Position numbers and translations under genes: made by a program. DNA of 64,000 nucleotides from Azolla caroliniana (taxonomy: Eukaryota; Plantae; Polypodiophyta): the NCBI GenBank assembly GCA_043228905.1, contig JBHGNT010000011.1:7998001-8062000 (forward strand), written 5' to 3'. Shown in pieces: positions 1 to 12,900 of this stretch. The first letter of the stretch is position 1; each line of letters starts with the position of its first letter. The notes beneath the pieces are model-generated. The model ran no database searches, had not been told where the DNA came from, and saw only the letters and a list, made by a program, of their open reading frames with translations.

Positions 1-1148
1 AAGATACTTGGTTCCATGTTATGTCAATTTTCAACTCTTATTCATTACTTCACATATAGTTGTTTGAAGACCATGAAAGCAATTCTTTTGGATCACATTA
101 CTATTAAGTATCTTGTTAGTTGAGCATTGAACCAATAAAGCCAGTAGATCCATAAAATTTTCCTTGTGAATTATATAGGTTATTCTACATTGAAAACCGA
201 CTTTACATTCTGTTAGAAACATGCTTGACTTTTTGAATCATAGAAACAGATTATTTGGATAGTGAGCAACCTGGCTGCTGTGTCAAACGTTGGCAGATGT
301 ACATTGGGGCAGCTTCTTTGCTGGCTCGTTAAACTTGCTTGCCCGGTGCACATGGCATTGGATATGTGCTCGTGGAATAGAATCAATAGTGCCCATTTCA
401 ATGACATGGTGTACATGTCATCACAACATGTCCTTGATATGTTAGATTGGGTGATTAATCTATTCAAAAGATTAGATTCACGTAATTAATGTTCACATTT
501 TGTTGGAGGGTGGCAGCTCCACTCCTTACTCTCTTTCATCTTTATTATCTTTGTATTACATTCTCTCTCTTCCTAGATTCTTCTCTCTCTAGAATTTGCA
601 ACGCTTTAAATGCCTTTTCTCGCTTCCACTTTTTCCAAGATATTCCCTTTTTTATTCCTAGTTTATTGTACCTGTTTGGTAGTACAAGAGTCTCTTAACT
701 ACCAAACAACCATTCCCAATTTTGTATAAATAGGCTTATACCAACCTCTTTTGTAATGAGATTATTTTCTGTTGCTACTTAAAAACAAGCTCTATTCTTT
801 GGCTGTGTCTCTACCCTTTGCAACCATTTTTCTACTGCTGTCTAACAACCTTCTCACAGCTTGGTTGTGTCTAATTTGTTCTAACAATTGCTTCGCTGCG
901 ACTATTAACAACATTTCTCACATGGTATCAGAGTATCGAGGTCTCCATATCCTCAGCCTGATTTTTTTGCCAAAAAGCACACATACCTCTCTTCCTTTAT
1001 CCCTCTCTCCCAACTTACAGAGGAGGTTATTTTTTTCTTTTCCCCTCATCTGCGCCTCACCTAGCATCTAGGGAGAAGTAGAAAGACCCTGAGCATCTAC
1101 TTACAAGTGCTGTAAATTGTCCAGTTGTAGCTCAAGAGGAGGATATCC

Positions 1149-1772
1149 ATGGCCTCACATGCCACCGTTGTTTCATCAACCATTCCCCAACTCCCCAAAG
1201 AGTCCATCTTGGATGGGAACAATTACTTGGATTGGGAGCTACAAATAAAGACCTTGCTACAATACCATCATTTATGGATTGTAGTCAATGGTAGTGACAA
1301 GAAACCACCAGTAACTTCATCCTCTTCAACCAAATCAGTTGCTGGCTCATCTAACGTTGAGATTGAAGCTTGGCTAGATAAGGATTCTCGTGCTCATGCT
1401 TTCCTCATGTTTAATATTAAATTGAGCATCACTTGTCAATTTCAAGATAGACATGAAGAGACATCTAATGAACTATGGACATCCATCAAAAAGAGGTATC
1501 ATCGAGCTAATCATGCTCAAATGATAGCTATTGAGAACCAGCTAGCAAATCTCAAGATTCATAACACTCCCAACATCATGGATCAAATAACGCAATTTGT
1601 TACTCTCCAAAAGGAACTAGTTTCTTCGGGAAGCAAGTCCACTGAAGTTGAGTTTGTGCATCGTCTAATGAAACCCTTGATACCCCATGTGTTGCTTGTC
1701 TTCATGGCAAGCAACATTGAGAGCCTTTCCCTCATGAAACCACTCATTGTGCAACATCTATCTTGGAGTTAG
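1149..1772 (+). pseudogene. gag: Copia gag N-terminal fragment, truncated and fused to pre-integrase sequence
   Basis: LDGNNYLDW...LW..VNG copia gag motif just after the PBS; no zinc knuckle or protease follows. Confidence 0.8.
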
Positions 1773-2149
1773 TGCACATGGATCTTTGTGGTTCCGTGAA
1801 AACCACTACTCTTGGTGGTGCACGCTACTTCATGCTCATCATTGATGATTTCTCCCGCAAGGTTTGGGTTTATTTTCTTGTAGAAAATCCTCAAGCCTTC
1901 ACAAAATTTCAAGAATGGATAGCTCTCGTGGAGAACGAGACATCAAAGAAAGTTCGAAAGATCAGGTTGGACAATGGTGGAGAGTTTATCTCCCAAGATT
2001 TCCACCATTTATGCTCTCAACGAGGCATTGCTCGCCAATTTTCTACACCCAATACTCCTCAACAAAATGGAGTTGTGGAAAGGAAGAACTGGACAATCCA
2101 AGAGATGGCTCGTACAATGCTATCTCAATATGACGTACTCAATCTCTAA
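1763..2149 (+). pseudogene. Copia integrase core fragment
   Basis: ELVHMDLCG...IIDDFSRKVW...DNGGEF...TPQQNGVVERKN rve motifs; truncated after the catalytic Glu. Confidence 0.9.
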
Positions 2150-3689
2150 CTTCGCCAACAATTCAAACCTCTCCCTCAACTCCACTTAACTCCACTTGTT
2201 TCCCCTCCCTCTACACACAAGCTTCCACCACTTCCCAAGTGGATTCAAGCCACCATTCGTGATTTTCATCTCTCCGATGCTGACCAACATGAAAAGAACA
2301 CATAAGTCACAACAACCTACTCACTCATCCAACTTTGCCTTATTGTGCACTGTTGTGCAATCACAAGAACCCACAACAACAAAAGAGGTCCTTGTTCTTC
2401 CAAAGTGGAAAGCAACAATGGAAGTTGAACTTGATTCCATTGAGTGGAATCATACATGGGAGCCGGTCCCACAACCTACTCACAAGTCATCAAGTTGGCA
2501 TATTGCTCTACTCAAGAAAATGTGGCTGATTTATTTCCTAAGCCACTTCCAAGGCAAGCCATTGATCAACTCCTTGGTCGAGTCAATGTTGGATCGCCAT
2601 TCTGGTGATGAGAGGAGGTGTTGGAGGGTGGCAGCTCCATACCTGCACTCTCTTTCATCTTTATTATCTATATACTACATTCTCCCTCTTCCTAGATTCT
2701 TCTCTCTCTAGGATCAACAACGCTTTAAATGCCTTTTCTCGCTTCCACTTTTTCCAAGATATTTCCTTTTTTATCCCTAGTTTATTGTACATGTTTGGTA
2801 GTACAAGAGTGTCGTAACTACCAAACAACCATTCCCAATTTTGTATAAATAGGCTTATACCGGCCTCTTATGTAATGAGATTATTTTCTGTTGCTACTTA
2901 AACACAAGCTCTATTCTTTGGTTGTGTCTCTACTCTTTGCAACCATTTTTCTATTGTTGTCTAACAACCTTCTCATAGCTTGGCTGTGTCTAATTTGTTC
3001 TAACAATTGCTGTGGTGCGGCTATTAACAACATTTCTCACATAGTTAGCCAACCCATGCAACTGCTGCATTTGTCACATCACTCATGCATTTTCTTGCAG
3101 AAAATTAATGCTTTCTTTCATAATCTATTCTACATAATTATTAAGCATGTGTTCTTTACAAACATTGGTTTGCATGGGTAATCCACCTAATTGTACATGT
3201 TAATTTGCGATTGATATCATGGAAATGCATTGAAGATATAAATTACGAGGGATGATAGCTCATCAAACCAAGACATTTGCATGCAAGGTATTGTGCAATG
3301 ATATTGTTGTGCTTGGGTTCACAAGATTTTAGAGGAATACATACTTGGATCATAATTATTTTATCGCAACCAAGTCAAGAAAGTGTGAAATGAGGATAAG
3401 GGATAAAGATGCATGAGAATCAAGTGCACAATCCAAAGGAGAAGGGGCAAGCCCATCCCACATGTGTGTGCGTGGAGAGTTCGAAGCTCTGTTGCTGGCC
3501 GAGTCCGGTTGTATTTCTATTATTTTATGTTAATCGATTATTTTGTGGCTCTCAGATCCCTGGGTCTTTCTCTCTCTATTTGTATCCTCATCTTTGTTCC
3601 TTTCCTCCTACGTGCCTAATCAAGTGTCCGAGCTTATGTGCTCATCGTCTGACATCCGGTGACTAGTCCGGATCGGTTACGTGCCGAAA

Positions 3690-4130
3690 ATGCCGGTGAT
3701 TGCTGATCGACATCCAGATATGCGTTCTCCTTGGGGAGTGTGGTGATCACTTGGTGTATCGAGAAGCAATCAACAGTAGTACTGTCAAGCACAAAGGCCG
3801 AATACCGAGCGGTTGTCGCTATGTGTGAAGTCATATGGTTTAAGCAGATGTTGAAGGATCTATAGGTGGAGTTGCCGATTCGACACCGATCTATTGTGAC
3901 AACCTCAATAGTATCGAGCTCCCCAAGAACCCCATCTTCCACGCTTGTACCAAGCACATCGAAGTGCACTACCATTTCGTGCATGAGTGGTGAAGTCGAA
4001 CTAAGGTATGTTCAGACTAATCGGCAGGTGGCCAACATCTTCACCAAAGCACTCTGCCTAGACAAGTTGTGGTATTTATTGGAGATGCTTGGGCTACAAC
4101 ATCTCGACATGCCACACTTAGAGGGGGATA
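3690..4130 (+). pseudogene. Copia RNase H 3' remnant with purine tract
   Basis: Decayed STKAEY / HACTKHIEVHYHF / QVANIFTKAL motifs with stops and frameshifts; GAGGGGGA at ~4121. Confidence 0.8.
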
Positions 4131-4594
4131 ACAGATGGTGGACCTGTTGATAGGGACAGATCGGGCAGGAGTAACGAACTTGATGAGCTGGAGCCAACCC
4201 TCCAATATTGGGTAAGCATGGGGGGAGACAAGATTCAAGTGATATTAGGCCGGCACAAGAAGAAAATGCATCAGAAAATCACCGAATCCCTACAACATGG
4301 CTAGAAGTGTTGGTCAACTCAAGCAGCAGAATTACAATTGTTTTGAGTAGACCAAGAGAACCGACAGAAGGAAGGACATGCCTTTTAGAAAATGGACGAT
4401 GCTAGCATTACAATAATTCGAGACGAATTGTCAGATGATTTCCATGAGCTAACAACCTGACATACGAACGAAATTACCAAATGAGCAATTGCAGCTTGCC
4501 ATCGAACTCGAGTCTTATAAAAAGGAACGCCTTCAAGAGGACAATGCGAGGATGGAAACCGAGGCCAAAGAAGAGGATACGATGGAACAACAAT

Positions 4595-5419
4595 ACGATG
4601 CAACAAACGCAACAACAACATGGAGAGTTGACATTACGTGTGCAACAACTTGAAGCAACCATTGTGTCATTGCAACAATAAGGACCAAGTACTCAAGGAA
4701 TTCATAAAGAACCCAAGATTGTTCTTCCTACAAAATTCGACGGAACGTGATCACAATTTAGAGGATTCCCTAATCAGGTACGTCTCGTGATTCAAATGCA
4801 TCTTGCCTGATATCCCACCGATGCATCATAAGTGGGACTAGTAGGCACGTTGCTTAGTGGCACTACGTTGGCATGATTCACTCCTTTGTTAGAACAAGGA
4901 TCTCCATTGTTAAATAATTTTGAGGAATTTATTAGTGAGTTTAAAGCCTGTTTCAGGGACACCAATAGCGTTTGGACGACAATCAACAAAATCCGAAGAT
5001 TGCGTCAAGGTGATCATCCAGCCTAAGCTTACGCTATGGATTTCCGTCTACTTGCCACCGATATTCCCCGGGATGACCTAGCATTGATGGAACACTTTCG
5101 ATATGGCCTGCGAAATGATGTCAAAGATTTACAACTAAGTTTTCCCAAAGAATCAAGGTCGCTCACAGAGGCCATCAGTCGAGTGGTACGTTGTGATAAC
5201 AGACTTTTCGAACGACATATGACTCAGTCGTAGCAAAACCATTTGTAAGGGAGTCATATAATGCATCTCCAACAAATACTCCAACTCAGATGGAAATCGA
5301 CACCACACGTCATCGTGGACCATTATCGGAAGAGGAAAAGCGGCGACGCCGAGCAAATCAATTATATCTTTATTGCGGTGGATTGGGGCATATTGTAGTG
5401 AACTATCCTCATAAGCCAA
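4595..5419 (+). pseudogene. gag: Chromovirus-family gag remnant (same family as 35980-37149)
   Basis: QQTQQQHGEL, FRYGLRNDVKD and MEIDTTR...LYCGGLGH match the intact gag; in-frame stops; ends abruptly at a junction with minus-strand copia pol. Confidence 0.9.
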
Positions 5420-6902
5420 GAAGACACATACTCGAGGTGCCTTTCAAGTACCGGAGTATCCACTTAACCGCGATCCAATGTTCTCTTCCCGGATTTCTCA
5501 TGAACTGGTTGACTACTCCAATAACGTATTTGATATCCGACCGGGTACACACCATTGCATACATCAAGCTTCCGACAGTAGAAGCGTATGGTATCTTCAT
5601 CATCTCCAACTTCTCTGCCTTCGTCCTCGGACTTGCTTTACGGACAACTTGCAATTTGTCGGAAGTGTCGATCCAACCGGCTTCGCATCTGTCATGTTGA
5701 ACCGTTGGAGCACCTTCGCGACGTACTTCTCCTGTGACAGCCACAACAGCTTCTTCGTCTGGTCCCAGACTACGTGCATCCCCAATATCTATCGCGTCGA
5801 ACCCAAATCTTTCATTGAGAAGGTCTGGTTCAAGGCCTTCTTTAGATTCCCGATTTTGGTTTGGTCCAATCCGACAATCAACATGTCATCCACATATAGT
5901 AGGAGTATCAGGAAGTCTCCTCCGTCGAAATTCTTCACAAATACACAATGGTCGCCTTACGTCTTATGATATCCTTGATCGGTCATGAAGGAGTCGAACT
6001 TCCGGTACCATTGCTAGGGAGCTTGCTTCAACCCGTATAAGCTCTTCTTCAACTGGCATACCAGGTGGTCATTCCCTTTCTCGACGAATCCTTCCGGTTG
6101 TTGCATGTATCTCTTTTTTGAGGTCTCATGTAGGAACACCGTCTTTACATCTGGTTGCTCTACCTCGAGGTCCATGCTTGCCGCTATGCTAAACACCGTC
6201 CGGATGGATGTCATCTTCATTATTGAGGAAAATATCTCATCGAAATCCACTCCTTTCTTCTGTTGGAAGCCCTTCACCACAATGCGGGCCTTATACCTTC
6301 ACCACAATGTTGGTTCTCATGCAGGGAATCCATCTCATCCTACATGGCACTTAACCACTTGTGGCTGTCAATGTCTATCTTTGCTTCTTCAAAGCTTTCC
6401 GGCTCCCCCTCGTTGGTCAGCAACTCATGCTCTGCATCCGGAAATATCTGGGGGGCTCTTCTCTCCCTGAGAGGATATCTTCTTCCTTGGTTCTTGTCCA
6501 CCGGTTCCTCCGTGGTCTTGTCCGGTTCTGGTGTCTTGATCTTCTTCTTCTTCGATCGGCTCGGTCTCTTTTCAGACTCCGGCTGGTTCTTCTTCTGTTA
6601 TCATGCTTCCGGTCGGATGAGTCCCGTCGGTCGATCCAGAGTCTGCCATCTTCTTCTTTGACTCCGAGTGGGAAATATTCTTGTCTTCCATGAAGACTAT
6701 ATCTCAATTCCGTAACACCTTCTTGTCAACCAAGTCCCACACTCGGTATCCAAACTCATCATCGCTGTATCCAAGGAATATGCATGGCCTGGACTTCGGA
6801 TCCAACTTTGCTATGTTGTCCTTAGCAACATGCACATAAGCGAGACAACCAAACACCTTCAGATGATGGTAAGAGTCAAGACACGTCTTTACCGGTTCAT
6901 AC

Positions 6903-7527
6903 TGTTGGGAATATGTCCCTCCAGTGGGAGGAGGAACTAACTGTCTAGAAGTTGCTGATAGTTGATGACTACGAGGAGCCGACTGATCAGACCAAGGAGT
7001 GCCGACAGTCGAAGACAGGGAAGATCCGACTATTCGGAAAGCCGACAATCGAAGAGTTGAAAACAGTGAGTCGACTGTTTGATAGTTCCACTATTATAAC
7101 AATAATAATAATGATACGTAGCAGAGGCTATATTTGTAAATAGCCCATACAGTGTATAAGTATAAATACACTTAGGGCAAAACGTGAGAGTTAGAATAGA
7201 AGAGATGTAGTGAGGTAGCCCTAGAAGAAGAGCGTGAGGTGTGAGTAGAGAGACAGAGAGAGAGAGTGTGGTGCCATAGCTGTGTGCATAACAGTAGACG
7301 CCAAGAGCCCTGTGTGGTTGATACACTCGAAAGAGTGCTGTAACATACCCTATGTTGCATATCCATTGTATAGTGAAGTTCTGTTCTCCGTGGTTTTCTC
7401 CCATTTTAGGGTTTCCATGTTAAAATCTCGGTGCACCATTGTTGTCCTGTTTTTTTTTCTGGCATATTTATGATTCATATTTCAGCACAGTTCGTTTATT
7501 GTGATTTGACTGAACGATTTCTCAACA
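6903..7527 (+). mobile_element. Solo LTR of a related copia subfamily
   Basis: TGTTGGG...CTCAACA termini; perfect TSD CATAC (6898-6902 / 7528-7532); shares TGTAAATAGCCC, TATAAGTATAAATA and TTTAGGGTTT motifs with the 9346 LTR. Confidence 0.9.
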
Positions 7528-9345
7528 CATACTTTTTGCGGTGAGTCTCCTTCCAAGGGTGCTGAGGGTGATCTGTTTATCACATAGGTCGCTGTCATCA
7601 ACACCTCAACCCAAAACATCTTGGGTAACTTTGCATATGCTAGCATGCTCCAGACCCTCTCCATTATGGTTCGATTCATCCTTTTGGTCAATCCGTTCAT
7701 TTCCGATGTCTTCGGCACGGTGAATTCGAGCCAAATTCCCTTCAACCGGCAGTACTCCTCGAACTGCCCCTCGTATTATCCTCCGTTGTTCGCTCGAACC
7801 GCCTTCAACTTCCGATCGATTTCCCTTTCAACTCTCGCGTGGAATTCCTTGAAGATGGATAATACCTGATCCTTCATCTTCAGTGACAAGACCCACAACT
7901 TCCGGCTGTGGTTGTCTATGAATGTCACGAAGTACTGCAATTTGGAATGTGACTTCGTGTCTAGTATGCACAAGTTCCAGGGGGCATTCCGTCTCATTGG
8001 CGGTCTTGGCCGGAAAGAGGTTCGGTTTGCCTATCGGACAAGAAATTGTTGCACTTCTCAAGATGCACATATTTCACCTCCGGAATGAGGTTATAAACGA
8101 CAAGTCTTCTCATCCCTTTCTGGCTCATGTGACACAACCTCTTGTGCCACAACTCACCGACATTGTTAGATGCCATGTTCACTTCTTCCCGGCATATTTG
8201 GGCATGCATCAGGTACAATGTGTTGATCTTCCGGGCTTGGGCCATGATTAGGATCCCTTTGCAAAACTTCATGACTTCGTTCCGGATGCTACCCATGTAG
8301 CCTTCATCATCCAGCCGACCGGCTGATATCAGGTTCAACCGAACCTCCGAAACGTGTCGGACATCCTTCAACAACAACTTGCACCCGATTGACGTCGTCC
8401 ACCACACGTCTCCTATGTCAATAATTCGGCATGCCCCGGTTGGGGGTGAGATGGAATGACACTCTGGAGTGGACCACCCATATTGTCTCATCATTGACAA
8501 GATGCAACTCACTCTCCTCGGTGATTTGCTGCAGTTCTTCCTCACTTATCGCGATCGTAGACATTCCTTTTCTTTCCGAAATCTTCTTCAATTCCGGAAA
8601 GTCGGCTCCCCCTTTGGATTTCTGGAAGTGTCGGCAATTTTTTAGGAAGAGCCCCGACTTTCCGCAATAAAAGCAAGTGGGCCTTCCCCTTGACTTCGAC
8701 CTCGTCCCCGATTTGTCCCGGTTTTCGGGACTCTGATTCCGGCCTCTTCCTTGGTTATGGTCATATTCCATGACCAAGGCCTTCGGATCGGTTTCGGACT
8801 TGCGGTCCTTTCGGAGAGCTTCTTCATCTAACAAGCTCAATTTTACCCTTGCTAGGGACAACTGTTTTCCTTCTGGCCCAGCATTGCCCAAAGTGACAAC
8901 TAGCGTCTCCCAACTATCTGAGAGGGAACCGAGCAAGAGCAATGCAAGTACCTCGTTGGCTAGAGGTACTTCCAGTGAGGTTGTTTGGTTTATGAGCCCC
9001 TAGAATACATTCATGTGCTCCGCCATGCTAGATCCATCTTGGTACCGGAGTCTCACTAACTTCCAGGATACCGAAACCCGATTTACAACGTTCTTGCTCT
9101 CCAGCATGGTGCCGATTTTCTCCTAGAGCACATGTGCCTTACTTTCTTCATTAAAGTTGTTGTACAAGCTCATGTCGATGAAGCACCAAATGTATGCTGT
9201 CGTCTTCATATGCATCACCTCCCACGTCGTGGCATCGATCTTGTCCGGCCTCTTGTCTCCAAACTACACCAACAAACAAATGTCTTTGATCACGAGCATG
9301 TCCCTCATCTTCAACTTCCACACTCGATAGTTGGAACTGGTGAGC

Positions 9346-9965
9346 TGTTGGGATTACGGTCCCTTCGGATGGGATGGTCGGATATCGGAGATGAATGCCG
9401 ACAAGCCCGGTTTCGGTTTCGGATCCGGATGACGAAGACCCCGGCTTCGGTGCCGGATGACGAATGTACCCGAAGAGCGATCCGGATGCAGGGACATATC
9501 CGTGAATATGTTCGCTACGAGCCCCCTGAGGCTATAGTTGTAAATAGCCCAAAGTCATATAAGTATAAATATGACTTAGGGCAAACAGTTTTTCTGTTGC
9601 TTCTCATTTTTCTGTTTTTCCACTTTAGAGGAGTGAAGAGAGAGCAGCCGTGAGAGAGAGAAAGAGAGAGAGCGCGAGAGAGAAAGAGGTAGACGCCTCT
9701 GTGTATTTCCGCCGCCTGTGGCGAGGACAGCGAGCTCAAGGTCGTCGCCTTGGAGCTCGTCATTGTATACTTCTCTGTATAGTGTTGTTTGGAGTCTTGT
9801 ACTCCCGTGGTTTTTTCCCCGTTTAGGGTTTTCCACGTTAATCCTTGTGTACTCGCGTTTCTTCGTTTTGTTTCTACGTGTGTTTCCTATTTTCTGCTCC
9901 ATTGATCCGCGATTAATCGGTTGTGGCCGAGATAAGAAGGTGGAGAGAAGCGTCAATTCTCAACA
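9346..9965 (+). repeat. 5' LTR of intact copia
   Basis: TG...CA, duplicated at 14079-14698 (constant offset 4733). Confidence 0.97.
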
Positions 9966-9994
9966 AACTGGTATCAGAGCGACTGTTGCAGAAA

Positions 9995-12900
9995 ATGGAA
10001 GGCGGCGGCAGCGGGCAGCCGATGATGATGGTGCTGAATGCACAGAATTACGCCGACTGGAAGATCAAGATGGAGGATCTTCTGATTGTTCGGGACCTGT
10101 ACGAACCGATTGACAGGTCGGAAATACCGAAGGGGGTACTTGAGTCGGAGTGGAAGCTCCTGAACCGGAAAGCCGTAGCGACGATCCGACAATATGTCGA
10201 CGTAAGCGTCCTGCAACATGTGGCGAACGACACCAACGCATACGAGATGTGGAAGAAGCTGTCTGGCCTCTATGAGAGGAAGAATGCGTTGAACCGGACC
10301 TCCCTGATGAGGAAGATAGTGAACCTCAAGTACCGGGACGGCGAGAGTATGGTAGAACACGTAAGCACGTTCATGGGATTCGTGAATCAGCTTGCGGCGA
10401 TCAAGTTCCCGCTGGAGGATGCAATGCAAGCCATCATCCTGATGTGTACATTGCCGGACAGCTGGGAGAACTTGGTGGTGACTCTCAGCACCTCCTGCAC
10501 CGAAGATAACTTGTCCCTACAAACGGTAAAGACAAGTATTCTGAATGAAGAAGCGCGTCGGAGAGATAAGGAACCGGCCTCCGACCCGAAGATGCTGCTT
10601 ACCGAATCGGAACGGGGAAGACACTGGAACCGGAGTCCGCAAAGACGGGAGAAGTCGGGGACCCGGTCGCAGTCAAGAGGAAGGCCCACGTGCTTCCACT
10701 GTGGGAAGCCGGGGCACTTCCGGAAGAATTGTCGGCATTACCGAAAGGACAACGGAGCCGACGACACCGATTCGAAGAAGTCACCGGAGAGAAACGGTGC
10801 ATATCGGGGAGCCACGGACCGGAGAGGTTCGGATCGGCGAGGGCAGGACCGGAAAGGAACGACGGCACTCGCGGCAAGTGAAGAAGAAATCATGCTCATT
10901 ACCGAAGAGAGGGAGCTGAACCTTGCCGGCGTAGAGATGACCTGGGTGGTCGATTCCGGAGCGTCGTTCCACCTGACCCCGGAGAAGAAATACTTCTCAT
11001 CCTACACAGCCGGTGAGCATGGCTGTGTTCGGATGGGAAATGAAGGTACGTGCCGGATTGCCGGCATAGGAGACGTGTGGTTGACAACCCCGACCGGATG
11101 CAAAATGCTGCTGAAGGATGTCCGACACGTTCCGGAGGTTCGACTGAACCTGATTTCGGCCGGGAGGCTAGACGATGAAGGCTACACAGGTAGCATCCGG
11201 AACGGTGTCATGAAGTTCAGCAAAGGGAGCTTGATAGTGGCTCGGGCCCGGAAGGTCAACACACTGTACCTGATGAATGCCTGGTTATGTCCGGAAGAGC
11301 TGAATGTGGCAGCCGACACTGCCGGTGAGCTGTGGCACAAAAGACTGTGCCACATGAGTGAGAAGGGGATGAAGAGGCTTGCAGAAGACAACCTTATTCC
11401 AGTGAAGCATGTGCACCTGGAGAAGTGCACCGACTGCCTGGCCGGTAAGCAAAACCGAACCTCCTTCCACTCAAGGCCACCGACGAGACGTAGCGCACCA
11501 TTGGAGTTGGTGCACACTGATGTGTGTCAGGTAGAAACGAAGTCACATGGCGGAGCCCAGTACTTCGTGACATTCATTGATGATCACAGCCGGAAGCTGT
11601 GGACGGCACCGTTGAAGACAAAGGACCAAGTGTTGTCCGTCTTCAAAGAACTCCACGCGAGAGTGGAAAGGGAATCCGGCAAGAAGCTGAAAGCGATACG
11701 AGCGGATAACGGAGGGGAATACCGGGGGCAGTTCCAGGAGTACTGTCGCTCGAAGGGAATCCGACTCGAGTTTACTGTGCCGAAGACGCCGGAACTGAAC
11801 GGGCTGGCCGAGAGGATGAACCGGACCATAATGGAGAGGGTCCGGAGTATGCTGGCGCATGCGAAATTACCCAAGGGGTTTTGGGCTGAGGCAATGTCGA
11901 CGGCGACATATGTGATAAACAGATCACCCTCAGTTCCTTTGGACGGAGACACGCCGCAGAGAGTGTGGACCGGTAAGGAAGTGTCCTACCGGCATCTGAA
12001 GGTGTTCGGGTGTCTCGCATACGTGCATGTGGCAAAGGACCGGAGAGGAAAGCTAGATCCTAAGACCCGGCCATGCATATTCCTCGGTTACGGCGACGAC
12101 GAGTTCGGCTACCGAGTATGGGACCCGGTCGACAAGAAGATATTCAGGAGTCGAGACATCATCTTCATGGAGGACAAGACACTCGCCGACTGGGAGTCGG
12201 AGAAGAAGATGAAGAGCTCCAAGTCGATCGGTGAGGATCAACTCTACGAGGAGCAGTCCCGACCGGCAAGGGACCGGTTAACACTCGAGGATCCGGCCGA
12301 AGACGGTGAAGAAACAGAACCGGCCGAAGAAGATGAAAACGATACCGGAACCGGCCCCGATCCCGAAATGGATTCGGATGAAGAAGAATCGGAAGAACCA
12401 GTTACCGAAGCTCCGGAACGGAGATATCCTCTAAGAGAGAGAAGGGCCCCCCGGAGATTTCCGGAACCAGAGCACGTGCTGCTAACCGACGAAGGGGAGC
12501 CGGAGAGCTTTGAAGAAGCAAAGCATGACACCCAGAGCCGCAGGTGGTTGAGTGCCATGCAGGACGAGATGGATTCCCTGCATGAGAACCACACATATGA
12601 ACTTGTGGAGTTGCCGAAAGGAAAACGGGCACTCCGTAACAAGTGGGTGTTCAAGCTGAAACCGGGAGATGCCGGAAACCCCCCGAGATACAAAGCCAGG
12701 ATCGTGGTGAAGGGGTTTCAGCAGAAGAAGGGCGTCGACTTCGACGAGATATTTGCCCCGGTAGTGAAGATGACCTCCATCCGGACGGTGCTGAGCATAG
12801 CGGCAAGCATGGACCTCGAGGTAGAACAGATGGACGTGAAGACGGCATTCCTTCACGGTGACCTCGAAGAAGAGATCTACATGCAGCAACCGGAAGGATT

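Larger units (their letters stand above)
501..3041 (+). mobile_element. Internally deleted (non-autonomous) Ty1/copia LTR retrotransposon
   Basis: Two similar but diverged ~422-bp TG...CA repeats (501-922, 2619-3041); tRNA-iMet PBS TGGTATCAGAG at 923-933; purine tract just before 2619; interior holds gag and integrase pieces with only traces of RT/RNase H; TSD not clean (CATTT vs TAGTT). Confidence 0.9.

Noticed and set aside
1-500. Host gene exon(s) in the left flank (also 3042-3440)
   Set aside because: Only short ORFs with no recognisable motif and no convincing splice pattern.
3440-3655. LTR fragment ending in ...CTGACA
   Set aside because: It looks LTR-like, but no partner, TSD or PBS could be matched with confidence.
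9923-9994. N-terminal extension of the copia polyprotein given by the ORF track
   Set aside because: It starts at a non-ATG codon inside the LTR and crosses the PBS; the first ATG at 9995 is more plausible.
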